64,000 nucleotides of DNA from Acidobacteriota bacterium (lineage in GTDB: Bacteria; Acidobacteriota; Vicinamibacteria; Vicinamibacterales; UBA2999): positions 873 to 64,872 of the forward strand of contig QHWQ01000313.1 of the NCBI GenBank assembly GCA_003222635.1, written 5' to 3'. The translations under genes were made by a program, and so were the position numbers. Positions 18,812-28,405 of the stretch are shown in pieces (within the stretch, counting starts at the first letter, position 1; each line of letters starts with the position of its first letter). Below the pieces are notes generated by a model. That model was not told the origin of the DNA, made no database searches, and saw only the letters and a list, made by a program, of their open reading frames with translations.

Positions 18812-21169
18812 CTATTTCGGTGACAGCGTCAGCCTGTGCGCCGCCTGCTTCTCGACCGCCGCGCGCGTGAACGGCAGGTTGAAGTAGACACCGTCGGCGA
18901 GCTTCTCGCGCGTATTCGCGTAGTACGGGCTTCCCGGTTGTCCCGATTCTCCCGGCGCGTTGGTCGCCACGTCTTTGTCCACATCCGAGAAATCGATGAT
19001 GCGCCGGAAGTTCGCGCCGGTGGCGTTGACGGAGTTGAACCCGCCCGGCCGCTCCACCGGCTTCAGACTGAACTGGTCGATGAACATGTGCTGCAGCGGG
19101 CTCTCGTTGATACGGCCGTATCGCCACTGCGACCAGTCGGCGCCCCAGTCCTTCGTCAACCGCGCCAGCGCCTGTGACAAGCCGTCCTCGACGAGCGCCT
19201 GCTGCGCGGCGCCGGTCTTCGCTTCGACGGCCTTGCGACCCGCGTCCGTTGTCGTCCACCGGACGTAGATCGCGCCCGGCGTCGTGTCTTTCGTGAGGAT
19301 CCGATCCCACCGCTCGATCATGGCGCGGGCTTTCTCGGCGTCGGGATCCCTGGCCGTCCAGCCCTTGAAGAGCGGCGCGTCGCGCTCGGCGTGCAGCGAG
19401 TAGTCGTCCTGCTGGATCCGCTCCATATCCTCGATGGTGAACGGCTTGTGCTCGGCAATCTGCTGGTCGAGCAGTTGACGAATTCGCGTGATGCGCGCGA
19501 TATCGACGTTCCTCGTCGTGTTGTAGAAGACCGGCCGCCCTTTGTAGTCCCTGGGGTGGGTGTTGTCGTTGGCGGTCGCAATGTAGCCGCGCGCCGGGTT
19601 GTACTCGCGCGGCAGGTCGCTCCGGAATCCCTTCCACTCATACGTTCCGGTTCCGGGGACGGGCAACCGTCCGGTCCATCCGTCGCGGTCGGGCGCCAGA
19701 CCCGATACCTGCAGCGCGATGTTCCCCTTCTTGTCACCGCAGATGAGATTGTGCGCCGGCAGTTTCCACGACATGGCGCGATCGAAGAAGTCCTCACAGC
19801 TGGTCGCTTGCGCAAGCTTGAGGCTGCCCTTATACGGCGCGGTACCCGGCTCCTGGTCCGAGGACCTGACGGCGAACGCGAGATGTCGCGCCTGGTCCTC
19901 GTAGAAGACCGGGCCGTGCTTCGAGAACTTCAGCTCCACAATCCGAGGCTTGTCTTCACCCCTGACCGCGATCTCCTCGCGGATGATCTTCATCGGCACC
20001 CAGGCGTCGTTGTACTTCGTCTCGTTCGGATTGGCCGGATTGGTCTGCTCGACGTAGGTATCCACCTCGTCGATGCCGGCGAAGGTGACACCCCACGCCA
20101 TGTTCTCGTTGTTGCCGAGGTCGACGCCGACAAACGGCGGCTCGCCGCCGCCGATCACGTGCCACCCGGGCGCATCCAGGTGCACGAAGTACCGCAGCGC
20201 CGGCATCTCGATCGCGCGATGCGGATCGTTCGAGACGATGGGAATGCCGCTCGCCGTGAGCCTGCCGCTGACCACCCAGTTGTTGCTGCCGTCCATGTCC
20301 TGCAACTCGGGCAGCAGCCGCGCCGCCTGGGTCTTCGGCACGAGAGAACGGTACGGTTCCACGATATCGGGCGACGGCAGTTTCCCGGGCGAGAACGGGT
20401 TGTCATCCCCCTTGCGTGCTGCCGCCAGAACATCTTCGGTGAACCAGTTCAGGTCGAGACCCTCGGGCACCTTCAAGTCGTCATACGGATCCGGCGCCGC
20501 GCGCCGGTTGGCTTCCTCGACCCCGAGCTTGCTCACGTCGAGCGCGAGCTGAATCTCGGAGATCGCATGTCCGCTCGTGCTGTCGATGCCGAGCTGCGCC
20601 CAGCGCAGCGTCACGGTCTTCGCGGTCCACGGTTCGGGCTTGATGCCTGTCAGCGTGAATTCGACCGGAAGGTTGCCGGCGTGCGTGGCGACGTATGCGT
20701 TGAGACCGTTCGCCCACGCCGTGAACAGCCTCTCGGCGTCGGGGTGATAGCTCGTCCACTCCTTCTGGTCCCACGGGCCGCGGAACATCGTCAGGCGTGT
20801 GCGCGCGTCGTAGTCGAAGGCCTTCGGGCCGAACACTTCGGCAAGCCGCCCCTCGCGCCAGCGGCGCCACATCTCCAGCTGCCAGAGGCGATCCTGCGCC
20901 ATCACATACCCTTCGGCGAAGAACAGGTCGTCGTCGTTCTGCGCGTAAATATGCGGGATGCCTTGCTGGTCGCGGATGATCTCCACCGGCTGCTTCAGGC
21001 CGGGGACCTTCAGGCTTCCGTCGATCGTCGCCAGCGACTGACGCGCCAGTTCGTCGACCGATGCGGGCGCCGATGCGCCCTGCAGCGCGGTCTCTGAACC
21101 CGCGGCGCTAAACGAGACGAGGGCAGCCAAACACAGGACGCACGCACGAGAACGGGCCAGAGTCATCAT
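18812..21169 (-). CDS. Penicillin acylase-family Ntn hydrolase (penicillin/cephalosporin/acyl-homoserine-lactone acylase type)
   Basis: Signal peptide present. Motifs: DQQGIPHIYAQNDDDLFFAEGYVMAQDRLWQLEMWRR and the autoprocessing site GSNNWVVSG. 785 aa. Confidence 0.85.
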   Translation of the reverse strand: MMTLARSRACVLCLAALVSFSAAGSETALQGASAPASVDELARQSLATIDGSLKVPGLKQPVEIIRDQQGIPHIYAQNDDDLFFAEGYVMAQDRLWQLEMWRRWREGRLAEVFGPKAFDYDARTRLTMFRGPWDQKEWTSYHPDAERLFTAWANGLNAYVATHAGNLPVEFTLTGIKPEPWTAKTVTLRWAQLGIDSTSGHAISEIQLALDVSKLGVEEANRRAAPDPYDDLKVPEGLDLNWFTEDVLAAARKGDDNPFSPGKLPSPDIVEPYRSLVPKTQAARLLPELQDMDGSNNWVVSGRLTASGIPIVSNDPHRAIEMPALRYFVHLDAPGWHVIGGGEPPFVGVDLGNNENMAWGVTFAGIDEVDTYVEQTNPANPNETKYNDAWVPMKIIREEIAVRGEDKPRIVELKFSKHGPVFYEDQARHLAFAVRSSDQEPGTAPYKGSLKLAQATSCEDFFDRAMSWKLPAHNLICGDKKGNIALQVSGLAPDRDGWTGRLPVPGTGTYEWKGFRSDLPREYNPARGYIATANDNTHPRDYKGRPVFYNTTRNVDIARITRIRQLLDQQIAEHKPFTIEDMERIQQDDYSLHAERDAPLFKGWTARDPDAEKARAMIERWDRILTKDTTPGAIYVRWTTTDAGRKAVEAKTGAAQQALVEDGLSQALARLTKDWGADWSQWRYGRINESPLQHMFIDQFSLKPVERPGGFNSVNATGANFRRIIDFSDVDKDVATNAPGESGQPGSPYYANTREKLADGVYFNLPFTRAAVEKQAAHRLTLSPK

Positions 21170-21996
21170 CGCACCCCGCTGGCAAAGCCGTACTGGTTGT
21201 TCTCCTGGCAGACGTATTCCATCAGCTCGTCGCCCGGTTGAACCAGCGTCGCCTGAAAGGTCACCGTAAACGGCCGCGAGTAGGCACCCGGATCATCGAT
21301 GGTCACCTCGCGCACGAGATGACCGGCATCCACCCGCGTCCACCGCTCGATCGTGTGCAGTTGCGTGGTGTGTGGCGTCGCTCGTCTATCGAACCAGAAC
21401 TTGTCGTTGAACCCGACGGTGTCGATGACGAGGGTGTCGTTCTCGTACCAGCCGATGGAATGACCGAACCAGGTTGGCTCGAGGTCGGAGGGATGCTTGC
21501 GGCCGTCCAGAAAGATCTGACGGAAGGAGCCCATCCACTCGGACATGATGTACATGTGCGTTGGCTTCTTGTGCGTGTAGTTCTGGATGAACCGGAACGG
21601 ATACGGACTGGTGCGCAGTAGACCGAGCGGCAGGCACCAGTTGACAGGATCATCCGTCAGCTTGGTGGATGCCATGAGCGCCTTCGCGGCAGGCAGCAAT
21701 GGCAGTTCTCCGCCGCCGCTCAATCGCCCCGCGATGCTGTCGCCCCCGCCCGGCGCGGTGACCCAGGCGCCGTCCCCCAGATCGATCGTCCCGTCCGGCA
21801 GGCGAGGCGCTGGCCCGGTCGGCGCAGGCGGTCGCTTGAGCTCCTGGCCCAGCGCGTTGACCGGACCGAGGACACCGATAGGATTTCCTGTTGCGTCCCG
21901 CTGAACTTGCGGCTGCTCCTGCGCGGCGGCCGGCGACCCTGCCAGCAGCGGAAGGACCACAACCACAACCCCTGCGACCACCAGCAGCTTGCGCAT
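21166..21996 (-). CDS. Secreted conserved hypothetical protein, paralog 5 of the family at 1-3912
   Basis: Signal MRKLLVVAGVVVVVLPLLAGSPAAAQ. Motifs: PYPFRFIQN, GWYENDTLVIDTV, FWFDRR, HTIERWT, IDDPGAYSRPF. Its stop overlaps the start of the acylase gene (21166-21169). Confidence 0.8.
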   Translation of the reverse strand: MRKLLVVAGVVVVVLPLLAGSPAAAQEQPQVQRDATGNPIGVLGPVNALGQELKRPPAPTGPAPRLPDGTIDLGDGAWVTAPGGGDSIAGRLSGGGELPLLPAAKALMASTKLTDDPVNWCLPLGLLRTSPYPFRFIQNYTHKKPTHMYIMSEWMGSFRQIFLDGRKHPSDLEPTWFGHSIGWYENDTLVIDTVGFNDKFWFDRRATPHTTQLHTIERWTRVDAGHLVREVTIDDPGAYSRPFTVTFQATLVQPGDELMEYVCQENNQYGFASGVR

Positions 21997-22110
21997 AGTG
22001 ACCTCCTATCGATCGGGGCGCGAGCCTAGCGCCCGGTGCCCCGAATGTCAACGGAGAACGCGAATTCCCGACCTGTTTGTGCTAGCCTCGCGGGCACCGG
22101 AGGCCTCACG

Positions 22111-23071
22111 ATGCAGCGCTTTCTTTCCGCCGCCGCCATTGCCGTGTTCACGCTGACGGCAGGTGCAGCCGTCACCGCCCAATCGGGCGATCTGAAAATC
22201 ACCTGGATCGACGTCGAAGGCGGCGCCTCCACCTTGTTCGTCTCACCGGCCGGGGAATCGCTGCTCTTTGACACCGGCTTTCCGGGTAATGGCGACCGCG
22301 ATGCCAAGCGTATCCTGGCCGCCGCGCGGAAGGCGGGTCGAGCAAGTTGACAAGGAGCGGCACGACCAGTATGTCGCCATCGCCGGCGCCAACCGCACGA
22401 TCCTGAAGGCCGGCGACACGATCCCGCTCAGGGGTGTGCAGGTGCGCGTGCTGGTGTCGGAAGGCCCGGTGATCGCGAACCCGGTGAATGGCGGCGGGCC
22501 GAATCCGCTCTGCGCCAATGCCCCGCGGCAAGCCGCGGCCGCGCCGGAGAATATCCGCATGGTCGCGCTCTCGATCACCTACAACAATTTCAAATTCGCG
22601 AGCCTAGCCGATTCGGACTGGTCGCGCGAGATGGATCTTGCCTGCCCGATCAACAAGCTCGGGCATGTCAACCTGTACACCATCAACCGCCATGGCGGGC
22701 TCGACAACTCGGGGGCGCCGGCCCTTCTCGGCGCGATCAGGCCGCAGGTGATCGTGCTGAACAACGGGCCGCGCAAAGGCCTCGGCCAGAAGGTCGAGGA
22801 CTTGAAGATCATCAACGCCAATTACACGCCATACGAGACGCATTCGTACTTGCGCCTGGCGAAGCTGCCGGGCATCGAAGGGATCTGGCAGCTCCATAAG
22901 TCGCTGATCGATCCGGACCCGGCGCACAACACCGCGCCCGACATGATCGCAAATCTGGAAGAAAACGCGGGCGATGCCGGCAATCCGATCACGGCCACCG
23001 TTGCCGCCAACGGCAGGTTCACGATCACGAACGCGCGCACCAATTTCAGCAGGACCTACACGGCGAAATAG
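22111..23071 (+). pseudogene. MBL-fold (beta-lactamase-like) hydrolase, disrupted and lacking the HxHxDH region
   Basis: The N-terminal piece (MQRFLSAAAIAVFTLTAGAAVTAQSGDLKITWIDVEGGASTLFVSPAGESLLFDTGFPG...DAKRILAAARKAG) stops at 22350. The remainder continues in another frame (track ORF 22268..23071: ...YVAIAGANRTILKAGDTIPLRGVQVRVLVSEG...INRHGG...). I found no HxHxDH motif in any frame at the junction. Confidence 0.7.
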
Positions 23072-23098
23072 CCGGCCTGCGTGACGGCGTCGCGAGGT

Positions 23099-23758
23099 TC
23101 ACTTCGTCGCGTTGGTGTTCTCGGCAGCCACACCAATCACGATCAGGACTGCGTAGTCTTGCTTGTTGCAGCCTTCGACGGGAGGCATCGGGCGCCCTGG
23201 CGCCACGCGAAATTCCGATCTGGGAGCGTTCGCGGGTGAGCACGCATTCGGGCTCGTCGCCGGCGTGTAGCGCGCCGACCGACAGGCCAGGTGCGTCACG
23301 TCATAAAGCTTCGCTCCCTCACCGAGCTCCCAACGTTGATTGCCGTCCTTGTCCGGGCGATGGACGGTCAATACCGTGGTCACTTCGCGATCGCCGGTGA
23401 CCAGATATTTTCCGGGAGCAAGCGGGAACTTCGGCTTCTCCATGATGAGGCCGTGCTCTTCCAGCCACCAGTCCTTGCTGTCGAACTCCCACCTGGCCGG
23501 CGCGACCCCGCCGATTTCGATCAATCGTTTGTAGCTGCTCAAGGGCACGCCTCTGGGACCCGGATCGACACGCCAGAGTCCCCAGGTTTGTGCATTGTTC
23601 CCGGACTTCGCGGCTGGATCGCCCAACGCCGCGATGTACTGTGGGGCGACCGGCGTGAACTTCGTGTCGTTTGTACCGGCGGCGTGAGTCGGCGCTGCGA
23701 AGGTCATGACCATCCCGGCCACTGCTACCGCATGGAGTAGGTTGCGCATGAGGCTCAC
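23099..23758 (-). CDS. Secreted hypothetical protein
   Basis: ORF with a signal peptide (MSLMRNLLHAVAVAGMVMTFAAPTHAAG). I recognise no family motif. Confidence 0.6.
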   Translation of the reverse strand: MSLMRNLLHAVAVAGMVMTFAAPTHAAGTNDTKFTPVAPQYIAALGDPAAKSGNNAQTWGLWRVDPGPRGVPLSSYKRLIEIGGVAPARWEFDSKDWWLEEHGLIMEKPKFPLAPGKYLVTGDREVTTVLTVHRPDKDGNQRWELGEGAKLYDVTHLACRSARYTPATSPNACSPANAPRSEFRVAPGRPMPPVEGCNKQDYAVLIVIGVAAENTNATK

Positions 23759-23802
23759 CTTTCTGCACGAGTATACCCCCCGGGCCTCCGCGGCGGAGTA
23801 GT

Positions 23803-25191
23803 TTGGCGGAGAATCGATCGATGGCGTCTCACGAGGTGTCCATCGTGATTCCGGTGCTCAACGACACCGAACCGCTGCGGCGGCTGCTGGCGACTCTCCC
23901 TGCCGATCCGCGGGTCGACATCGTCGTCGTCAACGGCGGCGCGGCGGACGATCGGCTGACCGCGATCTGTCGTCGGCCGGACGTCAAGTTGCGGACGTCG
24001 GCTGCGGGCCGCGGGCGTCAGATGAACGCCGGAGCGTCGGCTGCGGCGGGGCGGTGGATCGTGTTTGTGCATGCCGACACACACCTGCCACCGAAGTGGC
24101 TCGACGAAATTCGCCTGGCGAGTGCCGATCCAGACGCGGTTGGGGGCAGCTTTCGATTCCGGCTCGACTCCGGCGCGTGGCAGGCCCGGCTCATCGAGCG
24201 CGCCGTCGAATGGCGTGTCCGCTGGCTGGATCTCGCGTACGGGGATCAGGCGTTGTTCGTCCGCCGCGACGTATTCGATGCGATGGGCGGCTATCGCGAG
24301 TGGCTTTTGATGGAGGACGTCGACTTCGTGCGCCGGCTTCGCCAGGCTGGCAAGCTGTATCACTCGGCGCAACCGGTGCTCACGTCGGCGCGACGGTGGG
24401 AGCGCGGCGGCTGGTGGCGGACGAGCGCGAGCAACGTGATGCTCCAGGCCTTGTTCTTTGCCGGAGTGGCGCCTGAACGGCTGGCAGGTTGGTATGCGCA
24501 TCCATCGCGGCGATCCACACCGGAGGCGCTGGTGGTGCTGGCACGCGTTCCCTCTGGCGGCCGCGGTAAGTCTCGACTCACGCGCGCTCTCGGCGGTGAC
24601 CATCTCGAGCTCAGACGAGCGCTTCTGCTGGACACGCTCGACGCTGCCCGCAGCGTCGCGGACGCGGATCTGTTCGTCGCGTGTGAGCCCGCCGACTCGA
24701 TCGGCGACATGCGCGCACTCGTCGGCGACGGAGCCCGGTTGTTTCCGCAGCAGGGCGACACTCTCGGCGATCGGATGCGCAACGCATTTGCACACCTGTT
24801 CGCGGCCGGCTACGCGACGGTCGTGATGATCGGATCAGATCTCCCGTCGCTGCCGTCCTCCCATCTCGCAGAAGCGTTCCGATTCCTGCGCGAGCGGCCG
24901 GATGCTCTCGTGATTGGACCCGCGAGCGACGGCGGGTATTACCTGATCGGATTGCGCCGCGTCTGTCCCGCGTTGTTCACGTCGATTCCATGGAGTACAC
25001 CCGATGTGCTGACGACCACGACGAGCATTGCGGAGACGTGCGGTCTGATCGTGTCGTTGGTCTCCCCGTGGCACGACGTCGACACCGTAGACGACCTTCG
25101 GCGCGTGCTGCGCGATGCGCACGGCGCGGCACGAACGCGCGCGTGGGTGACCGCGCACGGCGATGTCACGCAACTCGTCAGTGATTGCTGA
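23803..25191 (+). CDS. Fusion of two GT-A-like transferases: family-2 glycosyltransferase (TIGR04283-like) plus a DUF2064 / TIGR04282-like domain
   Basis: N-terminal half: VSIVIPVLNDTEPL, FVHADTHLP, YGDQALFVRR, LMEDVDF. C-terminal half: LVVLARVPSGGRGKSRL, VMIGSDLPSLP, GPASDGGYYLIGL, IPWSTPDVL. Family names are recalled from memory. Confidence 0.75.
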   Translation: MAENRSMASHEVSIVIPVLNDTEPLRRLLATLPADPRVDIVVVNGGAADDRLTAICRRPDVKLRTSAAGRGRQMNAGASAAAGRWIVFVHADTHLPPKWLDEIRLASADPDAVGGSFRFRLDSGAWQARLIERAVEWRVRWLDLAYGDQALFVRRDVFDAMGGYREWLLMEDVDFVRRLRQAGKLYHSAQPVLTSARRWERGGWWRTSASNVMLQALFFAGVAPERLAGWYAHPSRRSTPEALVVLARVPSGGRGKSRLTRALGGDHLELRRALLLDTLDAARSVADADLFVACEPADSIGDMRALVGDGARLFPQQGDTLGDRMRNAFAHLFAAGYATVVMIGSDLPSLPSSHLAEAFRFLRERPDALVIGPASDGGYYLIGLRRVCPALFTSIPWSTPDVLTTTTSIAETCGLIVSLVSPWHDVDTVDDLRRVLRDAHGAARTRAWVTAHGDVTQLVSDC

Positions 25192-26014
25192 GGTCGTCCG
25201 GAAACACCTGCCACGGCCGCTGCGCACCGAAGGGCAGCGCGAAGCTGTTGGCGAGCGTCACGTCCTCGGGCGCCGGGTAGGCGGGAACGCCAATCGTAAT
25301 GGCCTGCTGCGGTACGTCGAGCCGCAGCGTGCCGTGAAGGTAATCCCACAGGGTCAACCCGCTGGACCAGTTCGAATTCGTCTCCGCGGGAACGATGGAA
25401 TGGTGGATGCCGTGCAGACGCGGCGTGACGACGAGGTGAGCCACGAGCCGCTCCACGTCAACCGGCAGTTCGACATTCGAGTGGTGAAAGAGAATCGAGA
25501 GGAGGAGCATGTTCTGCCAGAGGAGGAGCGCGTCGAGCGGGACGCCGATTGCCGCAATCTGGAGCGCGCGCCATGGGATTGACAGCGCGAGCTCGCCGGC
25601 ATGGAACCGGAGTGCGGTCGACGCGTCCAGATCGCGATCGACATGATGAACCAGATGAAACCGCCACAACCAGGAAACGCGGTGCGTGAGCACGTGCCAC
25701 ACGTAGAGCGTGTAGTCGAGGAGGACGATCGCCAGGGCGACGTGGACTGGTCGCGGCAGCCGACAGAGATACAGCAGTCCGCACCGGCGCCGCTCGACCA
25801 CGTTCGCGAGCGGCTCGACGACGGGTCGTTCGAGCAGATTGACCGTCGCGGCCGCGGCGCCCGCGAACACGATGTTGCGCGAGACGTGACGCCATTTCGC
25901 TTCGCGAACACGGCGCAACGGACGACGCCGTTCGAGTGCGGTCAACGCCAGAAACGCGCCGCCCACGGCGACCGGCGCCAGCACGCGCCACCAGGACGTG
26001 CGGCTCATTAACAT
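25178..26014 (-). CDS. Fatty acid hydroxylase / sterol desaturase-family membrane di-iron protein
   Basis: ORF 25178..26104, likely start MLMSRTSWW at 26014. Histidine boxes: HVLTH, FHLVHHVD, LFHHSN, LHGIHHS. Several hydrophobic helices. Confidence 0.8.
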   Translation of the reverse strand: MLMSRTSWWRVLAPVAVGGAFLALTALERRRPLRRVREAKWRHVSRNIVFAGAAAATVNLLERPVVEPLANVVERRRCGLLYLCRLPRPVHVALAIVLLDYTLYVWHVLTHRVSWLWRFHLVHHVDRDLDASTALRFHAGELALSIPWRALQIAAIGVPLDALLLWQNMLLLSILFHHSNVELPVDVERLVAHLVVTPRLHGIHHSIVPAETNSNWSSGLTLWDYLHGTLRLDVPQQAITIGVPAYPAPEDVTLANSFALPFGAQRPWQVFPDDLSNH

Positions 26015-26037
26015 AGAAGACAAGATTACGTGAGGAC

Positions 26038-27494
26038 GTGGTTGGAATGATTGCCGTGCCGGCCGCGCGGGATAGCGTGGGGACCGAGGGGTTGCTTGTC
26101 CCATTCGATGAAGCGAATCGGCAGCTCATCGCGGCGGTGCGTCCGCACGGCTGGGTCAACCCGCAATCGCGCGGTGTGTACGATCTCGTCGTCATCGGCG
26201 GCGGCACGGCCGGCCTCGTCAGCGCGGTTGGCGCCGCGCGCCTCGGCGCGCGCGTGGCGTTGATCGAACGCGGGTTTCTGGGTGGAGACTGCCTGCTGAC
26301 CGGCTGCGTGCCTTCGAAAGCGCTGCTCCGCTCCGCGCGTGCGATTGGCGAGGTGCGGCGCGCCGGCGGCATGGGCATTCGGGTCGGCGACTTCGAAGCC
26401 GATTTCGAATCGATCATGCGCCGTATGCGCGAGCGGCGCGCGGAAATCAGCGCGCACGACTCGGTTCAGCGCGTGCAGCAGGCCGGTGTTGCCGTGTTGT
26501 TCGGTCACGGACGTTTCACCGCCGATCGGGCAATTGAGGTCGACGGCCAGCGGCTCACGTTCAATCGCGCCATTATCGCGACCGGCTCCCGGCCCGCGAC
26601 GCCGCCGGTACGCGGCCTCGATCAGCTGCCGTACCTCACGAGCGAAACCGTCTTCTCGCTGACCGAGTTGCCGCGCCGGCTCCTCGTCATCGGCGGCGGT
26701 CCGATTGGATGCGAGCTGGCGCAGGCGTTCGCCCGCTTCGGATCGGCGGTCACGGTCTTCGACGTCGCGCCGCGCGTGCTGCCGAACGACGATGCGGATG
26801 CTGCCTCCATCGTGCACCGGCGACTCGCCAGCGACGGGGTGACGTTCCATCTCGGCGTGAAGCTGACCGAAGTCATACAAGAAGACGGGACGTTGGTCGT
26901 TCGGTACGAGCATCCGACGGGCGTCAGTCAGGCGACAGGAGACCGGCTGCTCGTTGCCGCCGGACGCGCGCCGAACGTTGACGGGCTCGACCTCGACATC
27001 GCGGGCGTCGCCGTCTCGAATGACGGTATGCGCTGGCGCGCGTCGCCATTCAGAATGCGCTGTTCCTGGGACGGCGCCGCGCCTCGTCGCTCGTCATTCC
27101 CTGGTGCACCTATACGGATCCCGAAGTGGCGCACGTCGGCGCGGACGGCAGCGACGCCCGGCAGCGGGGCCGGCGCGTCGAGACCATCACGATCCCGCTC
27201 AGCGACGTCGATCGCGCGATCGTCGACGACGAAGTTGAGGGCTTCGTGCGCGTCCACCACGATCGCGGCCGCTTGCTGGGCTCCACGATTGTCGCCCCGC
27301 ATGCCGGCGATCTGATCGCGGAGCCGACGTTCGCGCTGACGCATGGCCATACGCTCGCGGACCTGTCGCGAACGGTTCACCCGTATCCGACGCAGTCGGA
27401 ATCGCTCCGGATCGCCGCCGATGCGTACCGGCGGTCGCGACTCACGCCGCGCGTGCGGACGTGGCTCGAACGGTACTTCAGGTGGACACGGTGA
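26038..27494 (+). pseudogene. Pyridine nucleotide-disulfide oxidoreductase (mercuric reductase / dihydrolipoamide dehydrogenase-like), internally broken near 27030
   Basis: N-terminal part is intact (DLVVIGGGTAGL, redox-active GGDCLLTGCVPSK, NAD motif LLVIGGGPIGCE). After ...LDLDIAGVAVSNDG the frame becomes nonsense. The authentic sequence resumes in another frame (ALARVAIQNALFLGRRRASSLVIPWCTYTDPEVAHVG...VHPYPTQSE, track ORF 27126..27494). The expected segment with the second FAD motif (xAxGD) is absent. Confidence 0.75.
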
Positions 27495-28405
27495 CGAGTG
27501 CGGCGGCCGTCGCGTTGGGACACCTCGACAACCTGTGGATCCAGGTCAGCGGGACCCAGTGCAACATCGAGTGCCGTCACTGTTTCAACAACAGCGGGCC
27601 GCGCGCAACGACCTTCGGCCACATGACGTTGGAGGCGGTGAACGGCGCGATCGCGGCAGCATCGGCGCGGGGCGTGCGCGACATCTATTTCACGGGCGGA
27701 GAGCCGTTCCTCAATGTGGAGCTGCTCGAGATGATCGCGTGCGCGTTGGCCGTCGCGCCGACGACGGTGCTGACCAATGGCATGCTCATCAGCGATCGGA
27801 TTGCCGATCGGCTTGCGGGGCTCGCCAACGACGCGCGCTACTCGCTGGAGGTGCGAGTCAGTCTCGACGGGTACACGGAGGAGATGAATGACGCGATTCG
27901 CGGACGTGGCGTGTTCCGCGTCGCGCTCGCCGGCGCGGTGAGGCTTGCGCGGCGCAACCTCCTGCCGCTCATCACCATCGTTCGAACGTGGGATGACGCG
28001 GACGAGCTCGCGACGCTCGCCGGGTTCGCGCGCGTGCTGAAGGAGGCGGGCTGCGATCGTCCGCGCATCAAAGTCCTTCCTCCGCTGCCGCTCGGACGCG
28101 AGCTGACTCGCATCGCAGGCCTGCAGCGGGATGAGTGTGTGACGACCGCCATGCTCGACGGCTTCGATCGTGATCTGCTGATGTGCTCGAATTCGCGTCT
28201 GGTCACGGACCGCGGCGTATGGGTGTGCCCATTGCTCGTCGAGCAGCCGGATGCGCGGCTCGGAACAACGCTGGACGATGCCGCGAGCTCGTACGAGCTG
28301 CGGCACCAGGCGTGCGTCACATGCTGGCGGTACGGGACGATCTGCGGAAATGTGAGCGGACACATCGAAGGTCCTGACCTGGCTGGCGCGCCGGAGGCGC
28401 GGTGA
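27461..28405 (+). CDS. Radical SAM protein with a C-terminal Cys-rich tail (TIGR04167-like, the rSAM/selenodomain or ArsS-related family)
   Basis: CxxxCxxC motif (QCNIECRHC), then GGEPFLN. C-terminal cysteines: VWVCPLL...ACVTCWRYGTICGN. An alternative GTG start at 27491 overlaps the upstream stop (GTGA). Family assignment is from memory and from gene context. Confidence 0.7.
   Translation: MARTVLQVDTVTSAAAVALGHLDNLWIQVSGTQCNIECRHCFNNSGPRATTFGHMTLEAVNGAIAAASARGVRDIYFTGGEPFLNVELLEMIACALAVAPTTVLTNGMLISDRIADRLAGLANDARYSLEVRVSLDGYTEEMNDAIRGRGVFRVALAGAVRLARRNLLPLITIVRTWDDADELATLAGFARVLKEAGCDRPRIKVLPPLPLGRELTRIAGLQRDECVTTAMLDGFDRDLLMCSNSRLVTDRGVWVCPLLVEQPDARLGTTLDDAASSYELRHQACVTCWRYGTICGNVSGHIEGPDLAGAPEAR

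Noticed and set aside
22036-22350. A stand-alone 104-aa secreted protein
   Set aside because: Its sequence is the N-terminus of an MBL-fold hydrolase whose remainder continues in another frame. It was called as part of a pseudogene instead.
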